NCBI GenBank assembly: GCA_031972855.1
Contig: DALYDY010000004.1
Location: 6,697 to 70,696 of the forward strand
Direction of reading: 5' to 3'
DNA from: Minisyncoccota bacterium
Lineage (GTDB): Bacteria > Patescibacteriota > Minisyncoccia > Phycocordibacterales > UBA9973
DNA length: 64,000 nucleotides
Part shown: in pieces, positions 8,815-17,781 of the stretch
How the letters are laid out: the number at the start of each line of letters is the position of its first letter
Numbering within the stretch: position 1 is the first letter of the stretch
The notes under the pieces: generated by a model
The model's database searches: none
The model's input: the letters and a program-made list of their open reading frames with translations, nothing else
Told to the model about the DNA's origin: nothing
Position numbers and translations under genes: made by a program

Positions 8815-10278
8815 CTATTTTTTGGGAATAATAATAGTAAAAATTGACCCCTCACCCTCTTTAGAATCTATTTTCAAAATCCCTTTATGATGATTGATTA
8901 TTTGATAAGCAAGATACATACCAAGTCCATGACCTGTTGTTTCTTTTGTATTTAAAGCCCTATAAAATCCAGAGAGGATCTTCTTCTGTTCTTCTTTAGG
9001 AATACCAATACCTGTGTCTGATATAGATATTTCAAAATTATTTTTATTTTCTAAACTAGAAACAATAACCATACCTCCTTTGTGACTATATTTAATTGCA
9101 TTACTTATAATATTTTTTAAGGCTAAAAGAAAATAGTATTTATCAACAAAAATATTTAAACCTGTTACTTCATTTTTAAAAATAACATCTTTCTCTCTAA
9201 ACATAAATTCAATTTCTTCTCTTATTTCTTGAACAAGACTACGAAGATTAACGTCTTCAAAATTTAAAGACAGTTTGCCAAATTGTATTTTTGAAACATC
9301 TAATATTATTTTTGAGAAATCAGAACCTCTTATAGATTCTTCATATGCTTCTTTTATATGCTTATCTGCTTTTGGATCATTAGATACTAATTCTTCACGC
9401 GCAGCAGACAAGAGCCATCGAATACGGGCTAGAGGGGTCTTCATCTCATGACCAACAAGACCTATAACAAGAGATTTTTCTTCATCTAGTGCTTTATTTA
9501 AATTTTCTTTTTTTATAAAAACAAGAATAAACAATATAAGTAAAAAAATTACGGAACCAAGAACAACAAAAGAAAATACAAAAAATAGCTTTGAAATATT
9601 ACCTACAATAGTATCGAATGTTGTATCGCGAATATCTACAGCCAATACAGCAACAGTCTCTCCTTTATCATTTTTAATTGGAGCATATCCTGTAATAAAA
9701 CTTCCCCATTCATCAGTATAAAAAGTATTATCAATATAAATATCTTTATAACCTTCTTTTATTGATGTTATTGGAGCGTTTTCATATTCTTCTGTAATAT
9801 ATGTCAGCTCATCATTTTCATCAACAACTCCGTCTTTATTTATATCGACATCATTTGTTGTATCAGAATCAGTGTTTGCATACGGATCAACAGACCATCC
9901 ATCAGCTAAAAATACAACTCTTTCTACACCATCAACTTCTTGGATTTTTTCTATATAAGCAAAAGAAACTTCAGGATAATGAGTCACTATTTTAGAAAGA
10001 ACACTTGCAACATTTTTGTATTCATCAGAAACAAACATTTCTGGACTTGTGAGTTTTTCTATATCTTTATAATCAACATCTTCAACATAACTTGAAACAA
10101 TAGAGTCAATAGAATTAAACAATTGGTCTTTTAATATTTTTTGAGTATCTTTGTACAAAAAGAAAACACCAACAATAAGTGAGCTAAGTATAAGTGAAGC
10201 AATAAATACATTAAGAAAAATTACCTTTTTTAGAGAATTGAAAAAATTAAAATATTTCATAAGACTATTATAGAACAA
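8815..10278 (-). CDS. Sensor histidine kinase with a periplasmic sensing domain
   Basis: Two TM helices flank an extracellular domain. The H-box is HEMKTPL and the HATPase_c motifs are DTGIGI and GHGLGM. Confidence 0.8.
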   Translation of the reverse strand: MFYNSLMKYFNFFNSLKKVIFLNVFIASLILSSLIVGVFFLYKDTQKILKDQLFNSIDSIVSSYVEDVDYKDIEKLTSPEMFVSDEYKNVASVLSKIVTHYPEVSFAYIEKIQEVDGVERVVFLADGWSVDPYANTDSDTTNDVDINKDGVVDENDELTYITEEYENAPITSIKEGYKDIYIDNTFYTDEWGSFITGYAPIKNDKGETVAVLAVDIRDTTFDTIVGNISKLFFVFSFVVLGSVIFLLILFILVFIKKENLNKALDEEKSLVIGLVGHEMKTPLARIRWLLSAAREELVSNDPKADKHIKEAYEESIRGSDFSKIILDVSKIQFGKLSLNFEDVNLRSLVQEIREEIEFMFREKDVIFKNEVTGLNIFVDKYYFLLALKNIISNAIKYSHKGGMVIVSSLENKNNFEISISDTGIGIPKEEQKKILSGFYRALNTKETTGHGLGMYLAYQIINHHKGILKIDSKEGEGSIFTIIIPKK

Positions 10279-10333
10279 TATTTAATTAAATATAAATTAA
10301 TTTTAATAGTGAGGATAAAAAATAAAATTCCTC

Positions 10334-10993
10334 TTATTGAGGAATTTGTTCTTTTTCAAGAGATTCTAAAACTTCGATAATCTCATGATAAAGAATAAAG
10401 TGTTTTTCAGCAAAAACTAAATAGTGTAATCTAGTCTCTTTAATTTTTCTCTCTTGTTTATCTTTTGGACAAGACTCGAGAGTAAACAAATTATGAAACC
10501 TGTCAGAAAGTTTAATAGAAAAGAAATCACGTGGAGCATTGTTGAATCTATAGTGATAAACATGTTCACGTTCTTCTTTTTTAGGATAATCTACTTTCGA
10601 TGGTTTTGTTAAATAATCAACCAAACAAGCAACTCTATCGCCAAATAGAGTGCGAACCCTTTCAATTGTCCAGGAAGGACAGTCTTCAACAATATCGTGA
10701 AGCAGAGCTGCAATTATCAATTCATAATCATTTACTCTTAAGTAATCAATAAGAATTAGACAAACAGCCCTGATGTGTTCAAAATATCTATCACCACCTT
10801 CTCTTTTTAGATCCCTGAATGCATCTTTTGTAACATTGTAGGCTTGCTCTATTTTCTTATATCTATAATCAGATTTTGGGAAAAATAAAGAAATTCTTCT
10901 AAAAAAAGATTCTCTGTTTTCTCCTGCTTTTAGAAAAGCAAATTTTTCTTGTATTTTCATTTTTTTATTCTCCTTTGTAATAGCATAATACAT
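10334..10993 (-). CDS. HD-domain protein of the RelA/SpoT hydrolase type (small alarmone hydrolase-like)
   Basis: Motifs AALLHDIVED, FGDRVACLVDYLTK and IKLSDRFHNLFTL match the SpoT (p)ppGpp hydrolase HD domain. There is no synthetase domain. Confidence 0.7.
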   Translation of the reverse strand: MYYAITKENKKMKIQEKFAFLKAGENRESFFRRISLFFPKSDYRYKKIEQAYNVTKDAFRDLKREGGDRYFEHIRAVCLILIDYLRVNDYELIIAALLHDIVEDCPSWTIERVRTLFGDRVACLVDYLTKPSKVDYPKKEEREHVYHYRFNNAPRDFFSIKLSDRFHNLFTLESCPKDKQERKIKETRLHYLVFAEKHFILYHEIIEVLESLEKEQIPQ

Positions 10994-11064
10994 AATATCT
11001 ATATTGTCAAAAATAGATATTTATATAGTTTTATAATAAAATTTATCTTATAATATACACATAG

Positions 11065-11559
11065 ATGCATCATCACAAATTTTTTAAAGCGTTCTTGATA
11101 TTGTATGCTGGTGTTTTAATATTCCACGCAGCAGAACTTCCTTTTTTAAACCCATTAGTAATTATTGGGCTTATTGCTGGTCTTACTCTCGCTCTTATAT
11201 CTCATTCATATCATGGGAAAATAGCTCTTTTTCTATTGATAATACATATGGGTGTAGACATGATAAATCATGGATTATATTTTGAGAGTTATAAATTACA
11301 AGATTATCTATTTGGAATTCTTCACCTTGGAATGGACGTAGTATTTCTTTATGAAGAAAGTCTAGCACACACAAAAAAACCAAAAACAACACTTCTTATA
11401 ACAGGCCTTATTCTAATTGGAATATTTATAATTTCAAAAACTGTTGGGTTAGAAATTCCAGAAAACACACATGAACCTATAGAGGCTTTAGTTATGAGTG
11501 GAATTCTAGGATGCGTTGTTTATCACTTTTGGAATAAAAAGAAGCATTTGCATAAATAA
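11065..11559 (+). CDS. Multi-TM membrane protein, hypothetical
   Basis: A 164-aa hydrophobic protein followed by an imperfect hairpin. Confidence 0.4.
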   Translation: MHHHKFFKAFLILYAGVLIFHAAELPFLNPLVIIGLIAGLTLALISHSYHGKIALFLLIIHMGVDMINHGLYFESYKLQDYLFGILHLGMDVVFLYEESLAHTKKPKTTLLITGLILIGIFIISKTVGLEIPENTHEPIEALVMSGILGCVVYHFWNKKKHLHK

Positions 11560-11593
11560 AAAAGCTGCGTCACAATGACACAGCTTATAAAAA

Positions 11594-11788
11594 TCAAACA
11601 GTAATAATGTTTTTTTGTTGCTTTTTTATTTTGTATACAGAGTATACCCCTAAACAAATAGCTGCAATAATTAAGTAACCAATTCCAGATAATGGAGCAT
11701 CTTCTACATCATCATCAAAACCTGGCTGAGCACGTGATTCAGCAACAAACAAAACAAAAAGAACAAATAAAGCAAAGATTTTTTTCAT
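11594..11788 (-). CDS. Small secreted/membrane protein (64 aa)
   Basis: A signal peptide (MKKIFALFVLFVLFVAESRA) plus a C-terminal TM helix. Confidence 0.3.
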   Translation of the reverse strand: MKKIFALFVLFVLFVAESRAQPGFDDDVEDAPLSGIGYLIIAAICLGVYSVYKIKKQQKNIITV

Positions 11789-11855
11789 AAATAAAATATA
11801 TTTTTAAATTTCTATACAATTTTAACACATTAAGACAAAAAAGCAAGTTTATTAT

Positions 11856-11880
11856 AAAAGCCGCAAATATGCGGCTTTTT
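11856..11880. terminator. Intrinsic terminator hairpin (aaaagccgc aaatat gcggcttttt)
   Basis: A GC stem with flanking A and T runs. Confidence 0.5.
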
Positions 11881-12067
11881 AGTGGATTCTTTCCACCTTC
11901 CTCCCCTTTCTCATTTTAGGATTAGGCATTATTTTATTTTGCTTAAAGATAAACATAAATAAAAATATTCAGAAAAAAAGTTTTGTATAGTATTTAACTT
12001 TATTCATTTGATTATTGATTTGTTGTTCTCAATAATTTTATCATGGAAAAATTTCTGATTTTGAAAT

Positions 12068-12115
12068 AACTGTTGAAAGAAAAATCCCCTCGAGGGGATT
12101 TTTCTTTCAACAGTT
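12068..12115. terminator. 48-nt perfect palindrome (24-bp stem) directly after the stop of the 12118 gene
   Basis: The sequence aactgttgaaagaaaaatcccctc|gaggggatttttctttcaacagtt is an exact reverse complement. Confidence 0.6.
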
Positions 12116-12117
12116 GT

Positions 12118-12561
12118 TTAATTTAATTCTTGAGGATCAATTCTTGTTAATATATATTTGAATGTTTCCTGCATTTTATTAAACATATCAACATATTTTT
12201 CCTTTTCAATAGAGTCAATAGTTAGATTAGTTATAGAATCATTGATTTCTTTAATTTCTTTTTTAATTTTATCAATTTTTTCTTTTATTTCTAAAATATG
12301 ATCTTCTGAATATTTTTTAATTGCAGGTTTTTCATAACCCTCTTCTCTATGCATTTCATTTAAAAAATCAGCCATATCATTAGAATCTGTAATATGTTTA
12401 AGATGGTCTATATCATCTTGCAAAAAATCAAGACCTTCTTTTAACAAAACAAATGCCTCATTTTGAAGTATTTCATTTTCTTTTACATGTTTTTGTAAAT
12501 CAGCAATATCTTTATCTAATTGTGGATCATTAATACTGTGTTCACTGTTCTCTATAGACAT
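12118..12561 (-). CDS. Coiled-coil hypothetical protein (starts MSIENSEHS)
   Basis: Open frame with a K/E/D-rich helical composition. An alternative upstream start lies at 12618. Confidence 0.4.
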   Translation of the reverse strand: MSIENSEHSINDPQLDKDIADLQKHVKENEILQNEAFVLLKEGLDFLQDDIDHLKHITDSNDMADFLNEMHREEGYEKPAIKKYSEDHILEIKEKIDKIKKEIKEINDSITNLTIDSIEKEKYVDMFNKMQETFKYILTRIDPQELN

Positions 12562-12568
12562 AATTTTC

Positions 12569-12847
12569 TTATTTATAATGATTTTGAACTCTTTCAATAA
12601 ATTCTTCCAAACTATCAATATGGATTTTCATATCTGAATAATTTCCAGACTTACCTTTAAAGTTTAATCCTCCACCTAAATTATAGTCTGGCTCTGTACC
12701 CTCTTCTCCATCTAGAAGACTTGCAATATTTTTTATCTGTCTTCCATCGAATTCGGCACGTGCGTCACCAAGTGAAATATATCCTTCACTATCTGCTTTT
12801 GAAAAATATTTTTCCTTAAGACTTTGGTTTTGGTTTTCTATAGACAT
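12569..12847 (-). CDS. Small hypothetical protein (starts MSIENQNQS)
   Basis: A 92-aa ORF with a TATAAT 13 nt upstream of its ATG. Its first 14 nt are identical to those of the downstream gene. Confidence 0.4.
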   Translation of the reverse strand: MSIENQNQSLKEKYFSKADSEGYISLGDARAEFDGRQIKNIASLLDGEEGTEPDYNLGGGLNFKGKSGNYSDMKIHIDSLEEFIERVQNHYK

Positions 12848-12950
12848 AATATTAATTATAACAATTTATATGAGTAGTGAGAACAGTTCTTGCTATATAT
12901 AATGTTTTGTGACTCTTTCGATTGTAGTATTTAAACACTTCTCTAATATA

Positions 12951-13685
12951 TTATTGTTTTATATACCTCTTTAATTCTATGGGGATCAACTTTTTAGTAT
13001 CATTTTTTATCCAATTAATTACAGCTTTTTTTACCTTACTATCTTTTACCAACTTTAAGTATTGTTTCGCCGCTATTTTTCCAACATACTCTTTACCAAC
13101 AAATTCATATTCTTTAATTTTATCCCACTCAAATGGTTTTTCTATTTTTATTATCTCTATTGGTTTTACTGGAAAAAAAGAAATCCATTCTTTATATCTA
13201 TTCCATTTACCGAGTTGAAATATTTTGTATGTCATTTCAAAAAAATTAAACCCTTCAAGAATATAAATGTATCCGTGATGTTTGCTCCCTAAATGCAAAG
13301 TCCTGCCTTTATAGGTTACATTGTGATAGATACGACCCGGTATGCTTTTGCGAGCTTTTAGATAATCAGAAGAATACAATTTACAGAAGTCGTCAGTTGG
13401 TTTTGCTCTTGCAAATATAACAGGACTTCCAAATTCATATCCTCCTTCACCATACACGTTTTTATTTTTTTGAGGGTCAAGAATGGTAAACTTTTTCGGA
13501 GATGCGTGAAATAAATATTTTTGTTTTGCTGGTTTAATAGAAATAATTTGAACGTCCGTATCTGTAGGAATTAGATTTTTTTCAACAATATCATTTTCTG
13601 TATTCCAAATTATTCTATATCCATCTTTTGTTTTAAGGATAAATTGAGGTGATTGGTATTTTTTCATTTTTATATTATATCGCAA
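12951..13685 (-). CDS. Hypothetical protein (244 aa)
   Basis: A long open frame with no recognisable motifs. Confidence 0.4.
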   Translation of the reverse strand: MRYNIKMKKYQSPQFILKTKDGYRIIWNTENDIVEKNLIPTDTDVQIISIKPAKQKYLFHASPKKFTILDPQKNKNVYGEGGYEFGSPVIFARAKPTDDFCKLYSSDYLKARKSIPGRIYHNVTYKGRTLHLGSKHHGYIYILEGFNFFEMTYKIFQLGKWNRYKEWISFFPVKPIEIIKIEKPFEWDKIKEYEFVGKEYVGKIAAKQYLKLVKDSKVKKAVINWIKNDTKKLIPIELKRYIKQ

Positions 13686-13696
13686 ACTAAACTATA

Positions 13697-14176
13697 TTAC
13701 TCTTCAATTAAAATTATTGGTCTTCCTAAGTCTTTTGATAAAGTTTCCAAAAGCTCCCCACCTTCTTTTGAATAAGCCCAGGAATAAAGTGGGAGAGTTT
13801 TACCATCTGAAATCTTTTCTATAGAATCTTTTAATAATTTTAAAGCATGGCCCATCCTACGATATTCTGGAAGAACAAAAACCCCTGAAATATATAATGA
13901 TTCGAAATTCTTTTCTTCTGTCGCCATATCAAGCAATTCTCTTTCTGTAATTTTTTTATTAAGAAAACTATTCATTACTCCAACACTTGTGGGTACAACC
14001 ACAGCCCAAGCAATAGGATTATTCTCACCATCAAATATATATGCGAGAGTGTCAGGATGAATACTTCTAAGCTTGTCGGCAGATTCGTTTGTAATAGGCA
14101 TTTGATCTGGATCATTCTCAGTTCCAAAAAACTCTTCAGATATTTTTAGTATTTTTTCAAAAGCATCTTTATTCAT
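13697..14176 (-). CDS. GNAT-family N-acetyltransferase-like protein
   Basis: Contains YISGVFVLPEYRRMGHALKLL, which resembles the GNAT motif A. Confidence 0.55.
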   Translation of the reverse strand: MNKDAFEKILKISEEFFGTENDPDQMPITNESADKLRSIHPDTLAYIFDGENNPIAWAVVVPTSVGVMNSFLNKKITERELLDMATEEKNFESLYISGVFVLPEYRRMGHALKLLKDSIEKISDGKTLPLYSWAYSKEGGELLETLSKDLGRPIILIEE

Positions 14177-14182
14177 AAATTA

Positions 14183-14539
14183 TTATTTAAATTCTTTTAT
14201 CTGTTTCATTCTAAATTTTATAATCTTTACTATTAGACTTTTTGGTAGTTTTTTATCAAAAGGAAATTGTATTGCACCTTTTGATTGTTTGTAAGAAATA
14301 AGCTCTTCTTTAAAAGCGACAATTGGACCAGGTGTTGGATAGAATCCTATGTGAGACTTTTGACCACCAAAATATACCAGTGGCTTCCCTTCGAATTTAT
14401 ATGCTGGCATTCCGTAACTAATAGACTCTTCTGACTTTGGAGACACCTTTCTCACAATATCTCTTAGTTCTATCAATTTAACTTGAATGTCTTTTGGGTA
14501 GCTTTTTATATAGTCATCAACATTTTTAAATGTTTTCAT
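14183..14539 (-). CDS. DUF1801 / YdhG-like domain protein
   Basis: Sequence MKTFKNVDDYI...SISYGMPAYKFEGKPLVYFGGQKSHIGFYP matches the DUF1801 pattern. Confidence 0.6.
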   Translation of the reverse strand: MKTFKNVDDYIKSYPKDIQVKLIELRDIVRKVSPKSEESISYGMPAYKFEGKPLVYFGGQKSHIGFYPTPGPIVAFKEELISYKQSKGAIQFPFDKKLPKSLIVKIIKFRMKQIKEFK

Positions 14540-14610
14540 AGATTTAATATTTTAGAAATTTCTTCTGAGGGTAAAAATGGACGATTTCTTCTAGATTCAT
14601 AATTTTGTTA

Positions 14611-15243
14611 TTACTTCCAAAATATTCTGATTATCTTTGTTTTTAAAAAATTAGAACCAGTCGCTCCTATATATTCCAAAAAATTTTCTGTTGAATATTT
14701 AGATCCAGCGATAAATTTTTTAAGTTCATAATAATTTAAGATATAATTTACTACATTTTTAGGAGAATTTGACACTCCGTAAGATATATATATCCATGCA
14801 CCATGTTCAGGTAAATCTTTTTTTAATTTTATTGTAATTATAAATGGTTCTATAAAATTTTGAGGTGCAAAACTTTCACCATCTTTAAGTATAATATTTA
14901 ATGCTTCATTTCTCATATTCCACCCCTTAAAAAGGATAGTTTGAGGTGTTTTTTCTAAATGTAAATCAAATCCAGAAGAAGAGAAATTAATCCAAAAATC
15001 TTTAATGATTTCGTCATTTTTATTTTGGAAAATTGGTCCAAATTTATACTCAAAGTAATCATTATTTTCAGTTAATATCTTTGAATATACTCTCCATGCA
15101 CAGATTATTTTTTTACTCCTTTTACTTTTTGAAATCTCATTTCTTATCCATTTTAAAAAACCTACAGCCCAAGCAAAAATAATTGTTAATATAAAAATAA
15201 CAACTGATACAACCCCTTGGTTATTATTTAATATATCAATCAT
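14611..15243 (-). CDS. Membrane-anchored hypothetical protein
   Basis: An N-terminal TM helix. The gene overlaps the upstream gene by 4 nt (ATGA), so the two are translationally coupled. Confidence 0.4.
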   Translation of the reverse strand: MIDILNNNQGVVSVVIFILTIIFAWAVGFLKWIRNEISKSKRSKKIICAWRVYSKILTENNDYFEYKFGPIFQNKNDEIIKDFWINFSSSGFDLHLEKTPQTILFKGWNMRNEALNIILKDGESFAPQNFIEPFIITIKLKKDLPEHGAWIYISYGVSNSPKNVVNYILNYYELKKFIAGSKYSTENFLEYIGATGSNFLKTKIIRIFWK

Positions 15244-15632
15244 TTTATTAATTTTTTAAATGAATCTGGATTATTTTTTGCAAGATCTTTAATGTATTCA
15301 TAATTAAAACGTCCATATCCAAAAGTTTGTTCTTCTTGACTGTTCCCTTTTTCTTCTTCAAAGTCAAAGAAATTAATAAAATCTAAAATTGAATTTATTA
15401 GATTACCAATTATTTTTATTGGTTTTTCATATTTTTCTGCCATATCAAAAATACTTCTATCTTCATGTTTCATTAATGTGGCAACTATATCTGCTTTTTT
15501 ATAAAGCTCCTTCCATAGATACTTAATTATTGCCTCCCAATTAAAAACATTTTTCCAAAAATAATTAACAATAAAAATTGATCCTAATATAATCATTAAA
15601 TACCACATATATTTTATTATATCGTTAAACAA
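15240..15632 (-). CDS. Membrane-anchored hypothetical protein
   Basis: An N-terminal TM helix, with start and stop overlapping the next gene. Confidence 0.4.
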   Translation of the reverse strand: MFNDIIKYMWYLMIILGSIFIVNYFWKNVFNWEAIIKYLWKELYKKADIVATLMKHEDRSIFDMAEKYEKPIKIIGNLINSILDFINFFDFEEEKGNSQEEQTFGYGRFNYEYIKDLAKNNPDSFKKLIK

Positions 15633-15698
15633 TATAAATTAATAGGTTTTAATTTATATTGAGTGCAATAACTTAAATAGTGTTTATTAGTAAACTAA

Positions 15699-15783
15699 GT
15701 CTCTCCTCTCGCTCTGCTGAGCTCGAGACCTTCATCCTCTCGACGAGAATTGCGGCCCGCGGTTCGAGTCTCTGTTCCAACAA
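15699..15783 (+). other. GC-rich tRNA-like remnant (GGTTCGAGTC T-loop motif; UCA-containing 7-nt loop), not a canonical tRNA
   Basis: The T-loop consensus appears on the plus strand, but the T-stem and acceptor stem cannot be closed. It is followed by a hairpin terminator (acacccac…gcgggtgt). Confidence 0.25.
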
Positions 15784-15834
15784 TATACTATATAAAAACA
15801 CCCACTTTATTGCGGGTGTTTTTATATAGTATTG

Positions 15835-15905
15835 CTGGGAAACTAGGACTCGAACCTAGATAAACGGAACCAAAATCCGTTGTCCTACCATTAGACGATT
15901 TCCCA
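15835..15905 (-). tRNA. tRNA-Gln (anticodon UUG)
   Basis: Cloverleaf: TGGGAAA acceptor with the U1:A72 hallmark of tRNA-Gln, anticodon loop TTTTGGT, T-arm CTAGGTTCGAGTCCTAG, discriminator G. No CCA is encoded. Confidence 0.85.
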
Positions 15906-15989
15906 ATATTTTTAACGTAACTCCACTATAATACAAGAATTACGGAAAAAACTCAATATGCTACAATATAAATATAAAATATTATATTT

Positions 15990-16550
15990 ATGAAAAACAG
16001 TAACAGATTAAACCTTGCACAAGAATATGTTCGTAATGCTCACTCCCATATTGTTGGAACATCAATCTCTGGCATTAAAAAACCTCAAATTCATCACATA
16101 CAGGAAGTTGCTGATTTGGTATGGATTTCTGGTGGGACAGAAGATGAAATTATTTCTGCATGGCTTCATGATAGTGTAGAAGATACTGAAGTAAGTTTTG
16201 ATAATATTGAAGAAATATTTGGAAAAGAAGTTAGAGATATCGTTTACGGACTAACAGATCATGGACACTACAAAGATTTACCTTTACAGGAAAGAAAACA
16301 GTTACAGGCTGACAGACTTAAAAATGAAAGTGTTAGTGTTCGTAGAATTAAAATAGCTGACCAGACATCTAATATAAGAGGTCTTACAATCGACCCAATA
16401 AATAGCATGACTGAGGAGGAATGTTATTATTATATTCGAGGTGCAAAATTATTAGCAGACGAATGCAAAGGCGTTAGCGAACTTTTGGATAATATTTTTG
16501 ATCAAGAATACATCAAAGGATTAGAAAGATTTCCAAATATTTTAAGATAA
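15990..16550 (+). CDS. Second HD-domain (SpoT-hydrolase-like) paralog with a divergent C-terminal motif
   Basis: Motifs SAWLHDSVEDT, FGKEVRDIVYGLTD and IKIADQTSNIRGL. The His of the RLHN motif is replaced. Confidence 0.65.
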   Translation: MKNSNRLNLAQEYVRNAHSHIVGTSISGIKKPQIHHIQEVADLVWISGGTEDEIISAWLHDSVEDTEVSFDNIEEIFGKEVRDIVYGLTDHGHYKDLPLQERKQLQADRLKNESVSVRRIKIADQTSNIRGLTIDPINSMTEEECYYYIRGAKLLADECKGVSELLDNIFDQEYIKGLERFPNILR

Positions 16551-16628
16551 TCTCACTACCATACAAGACTTGGAGTTTTTTCAACCCTCCAAAAATAGTA
16601 TATTGGGTACAAATAAAAAAAGAACCTG

Positions 16629-17066
16629 TCACTCCATAAGGAGATTGACAAGTTCTTTGGTTTCGTTGGCTTTGAATATCTTCATTTGTTTTTCTCCTGA
16701 TCTTATGAACAAATCTCCAGGAAGAAAATCTATAGCCCATAGACCTTTAGACTCTAAAAAGAAAATCATTAATGGACCTTTTTCAGTAGAGATTACATTA
16801 GCAATATCTTTATTTAGATAGTTGCGATTTTGTGAATCTTGTATCAAATAATACGCAAGACTCACTCCAACATCAAAAGTCATTATGTCTGTTGGTTTGG
16901 TAATAATTTCTTGATATGGCTGATATGTGACGTAGCCCAATATCATTTTACTGATATTAGCTTTTAGAGTTTTAGGTTCGACTTTTTTGAAAGCCGGCAT
17001 TTTGTAAACATTTTGACCAAAGAGTCCTGTACTAATAAGTACAAAAAGAATTATTATATTTTTCAT
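16629..17066 (-). CDS. Secreted hypothetical protein
   Basis: Signal peptide MKNIIILFVLISTGLFG, 145 aa. Confidence 0.4.
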   Translation of the reverse strand: MKNIIILFVLISTGLFGQNVYKMPAFKKVEPKTLKANISKMILGYVTYQPYQEIITKPTDIMTFDVGVSLAYYLIQDSQNRNYLNKDIANVISTEKGPLMIFFLESKGLWAIDFLPGDLFIRSGEKQMKIFKANETKELVNLLME

Positions 17067-17158
17067 GGTTCTATTATTTTATATATTATATACTAAATAA
17101 TATATTTTGTCAATACTTATTACAAATTCACAAAATTATTTATGTTATAATCTCCCTT

Positions 17159-17779
17159 ATGAAGATACAAAAATTTGAACAATCTGGGTTCATACTTGAA
17201 TCCACAAGTGGCTATAAAATAGCGATAGATATTGCAGGATTTACCCCACTCGAAAAACTTGAGAAATTGTCAGTAGACGCAATGCTTGTGTCTCATATTC
17301 ACGGAGACCACTTCTCTGCTGAACACATAAAAGCACTTTCCCCTCTCAAACTATATTTGAATAAAGAATGTATTGATTTACTCGCAGAAGAAGCTGTATT
17401 TTTTGATATTGAAGAAGTGAAGGTTGGAGACCTATTAGAAACACCGGATTTCAAAGTCTTATTCTTCGATGTTGATCATGGGCCAAATGCGACAGTGAGA
17501 CCAAAAGAGAATTTTGGATTTCTTATAGAATTCGATGGAGAAAAAATATACTTCGCAGGTGATATGTTCTACCCTTCTGGGATAGATGTGAATACGCTTG
17601 AAGTAGATACGGCTCTCATACCTATCGGAGGATATTACACTTTCGGGCCAAAAGAAGCGATTGATTTCATAAAACAATTCAAGTCTATCGGACAAGTCAT
17701 CCCTATGCATTTTGACAAGACTCCAGAAACAGAAGTTGAATTCAAAGTATTAGCGGAAATCGAAGAAGTTAATATTTAG
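17159..17779 (+). CDS. MBL-fold metallo-hydrolase (Lactamase_B_3-like)
   Basis: Carries the HxHxDH-type motif SHIHGDHF. Confidence 0.65.
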   Translation: MKIQKFEQSGFILESTSGYKIAIDIAGFTPLEKLEKLSVDAMLVSHIHGDHFSAEHIKALSPLKLYLNKECIDLLAEEAVFFDIEEVKVGDLLETPDFKVLFFDVDHGPNATVRPKENFGFLIEFDGEKIYFAGDMFYPSGIDVNTLEVDTALIPIGGYYTFGPKEAIDFIKQFKSIGQVIPMHFDKTPETEVEFKVLAEIEEVNI

Positions 17780-17781
17780 AT

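Noticed and set aside
15699-15783. A functional tRNA-Sec or opal-suppressor tRNA
   Set aside because: A TCA triplet sits in a 7-9 nt loop and a perfect T-loop is present. However the T-stem (CGCGG against CTCTG) and the acceptor stem cannot be paired, and position 37 would be a pyrimidine. I treat it as a remnant.
11000-15990. Integrated mobile element bounded by the two HD-domain genes
   Set aside because: There are no direct repeats flanking the block, no recombinase, and no clear compositional break visible by eye. I report it only as a possible accessory island.
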